From Clostridiales bacterium (GTDB lineage Bacteria > Bacillota > Clostridia > Christensenellales > UBA1750): DNA of 64,000 nt. The DNA lies in contig SVHB01000002.1 of NCBI GenBank assembly GCA_015056005.1, forward strand, positions 13,188-77,187. Reading direction: 5' to 3'. This document shows, one piece after another, positions 63,967 through 64,000 of the stretch (its first letter is position 1; each line of letters starts with the position of its first letter). The position numbers and the translations under genes are program-made. The notes below the pieces were generated by a model. That model did no database searches, was not told the DNA's origin, and saw only the letters and a program-made list of their open reading frames with translations.

Positions 63967-64000
63967 TAGCCATCGTTGGCAGACCAAACGTAGGCAAATC
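63951..64000 (+). CDS. der: Ribosome-biogenesis GTPase Der/EngA (first 16 codons; runs off window)
   Basis: MARPLVAIVGRPNVGKS, the G1 motif of the first GTPase domain. Overlaps the DUF512 gene's end by 16 nt. Confidence 0.8.
   Translation, partial: MARPLVAIVGRPNVGK

Overview
This 64-kb segment reads like core chromosome of an endospore-forming Firmicute, probably Clostridia-like. That placement is inferred from gene content only: spoIIAA/spoIIAB, yqfC/yqfD, pro-sigK, a CotF-like coat gene, a T-box leader and an ECF S-component. I can support about 66 tightly packed protein-coding genes, mostly on the minus strand. They cover five areas. (a) Translation and RNA maturation: cca, rpsT, T-box-controlled cysE-cysS, tsaE-tsaB-rimI, era, ybeY, rnj and the start of der. 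(b) Cell envelope: a class A PBP, a MurF-like ligase with Ddl, and MltG. (c) Sporulation. (d) Nucleotide, amino-acid and cofactor metabolism: hom, pyrE, cdd, deoC, coaX. (e) Carbohydrate modules: three hexitol-phosphate-type dehydrogenases; GH42 beta-galactosidase with xylulokinase and a large lipoprotein; a kinase/isomerase/epimerase cluster; galM. I recognised no rRNA, tRNA, CRISPR array, transposase, integrase or phage gene. I did not find a convincing self-contained novel system. The best leads are as follows. (1) A clear spoIIAA-spoIIAB pair lacks sigF, and its slot is taken by a PocR/AraC regulator plus an orphan corrinoid-binding protein. (2) A membrane-anchored MurF-like ligase lacks the canonical soluble N-terminal domain. 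It is co-operonic with an alpha/beta hydrolase and a long Ddl that ends in a GGK-repeat tail. (3) tldD is split by a 1-nt frameshift inside a very tightly coupled rarA-tldD-pmbA-GH42-xylB array. (4) Two unannotated regulatory elements are present: a Cys (UGC) T-box leader and a sigma-E-type promoter in front of an uninterrupted sigK. All calls come from reading the sequence and recalling family motifs; no database search or folding program was run.
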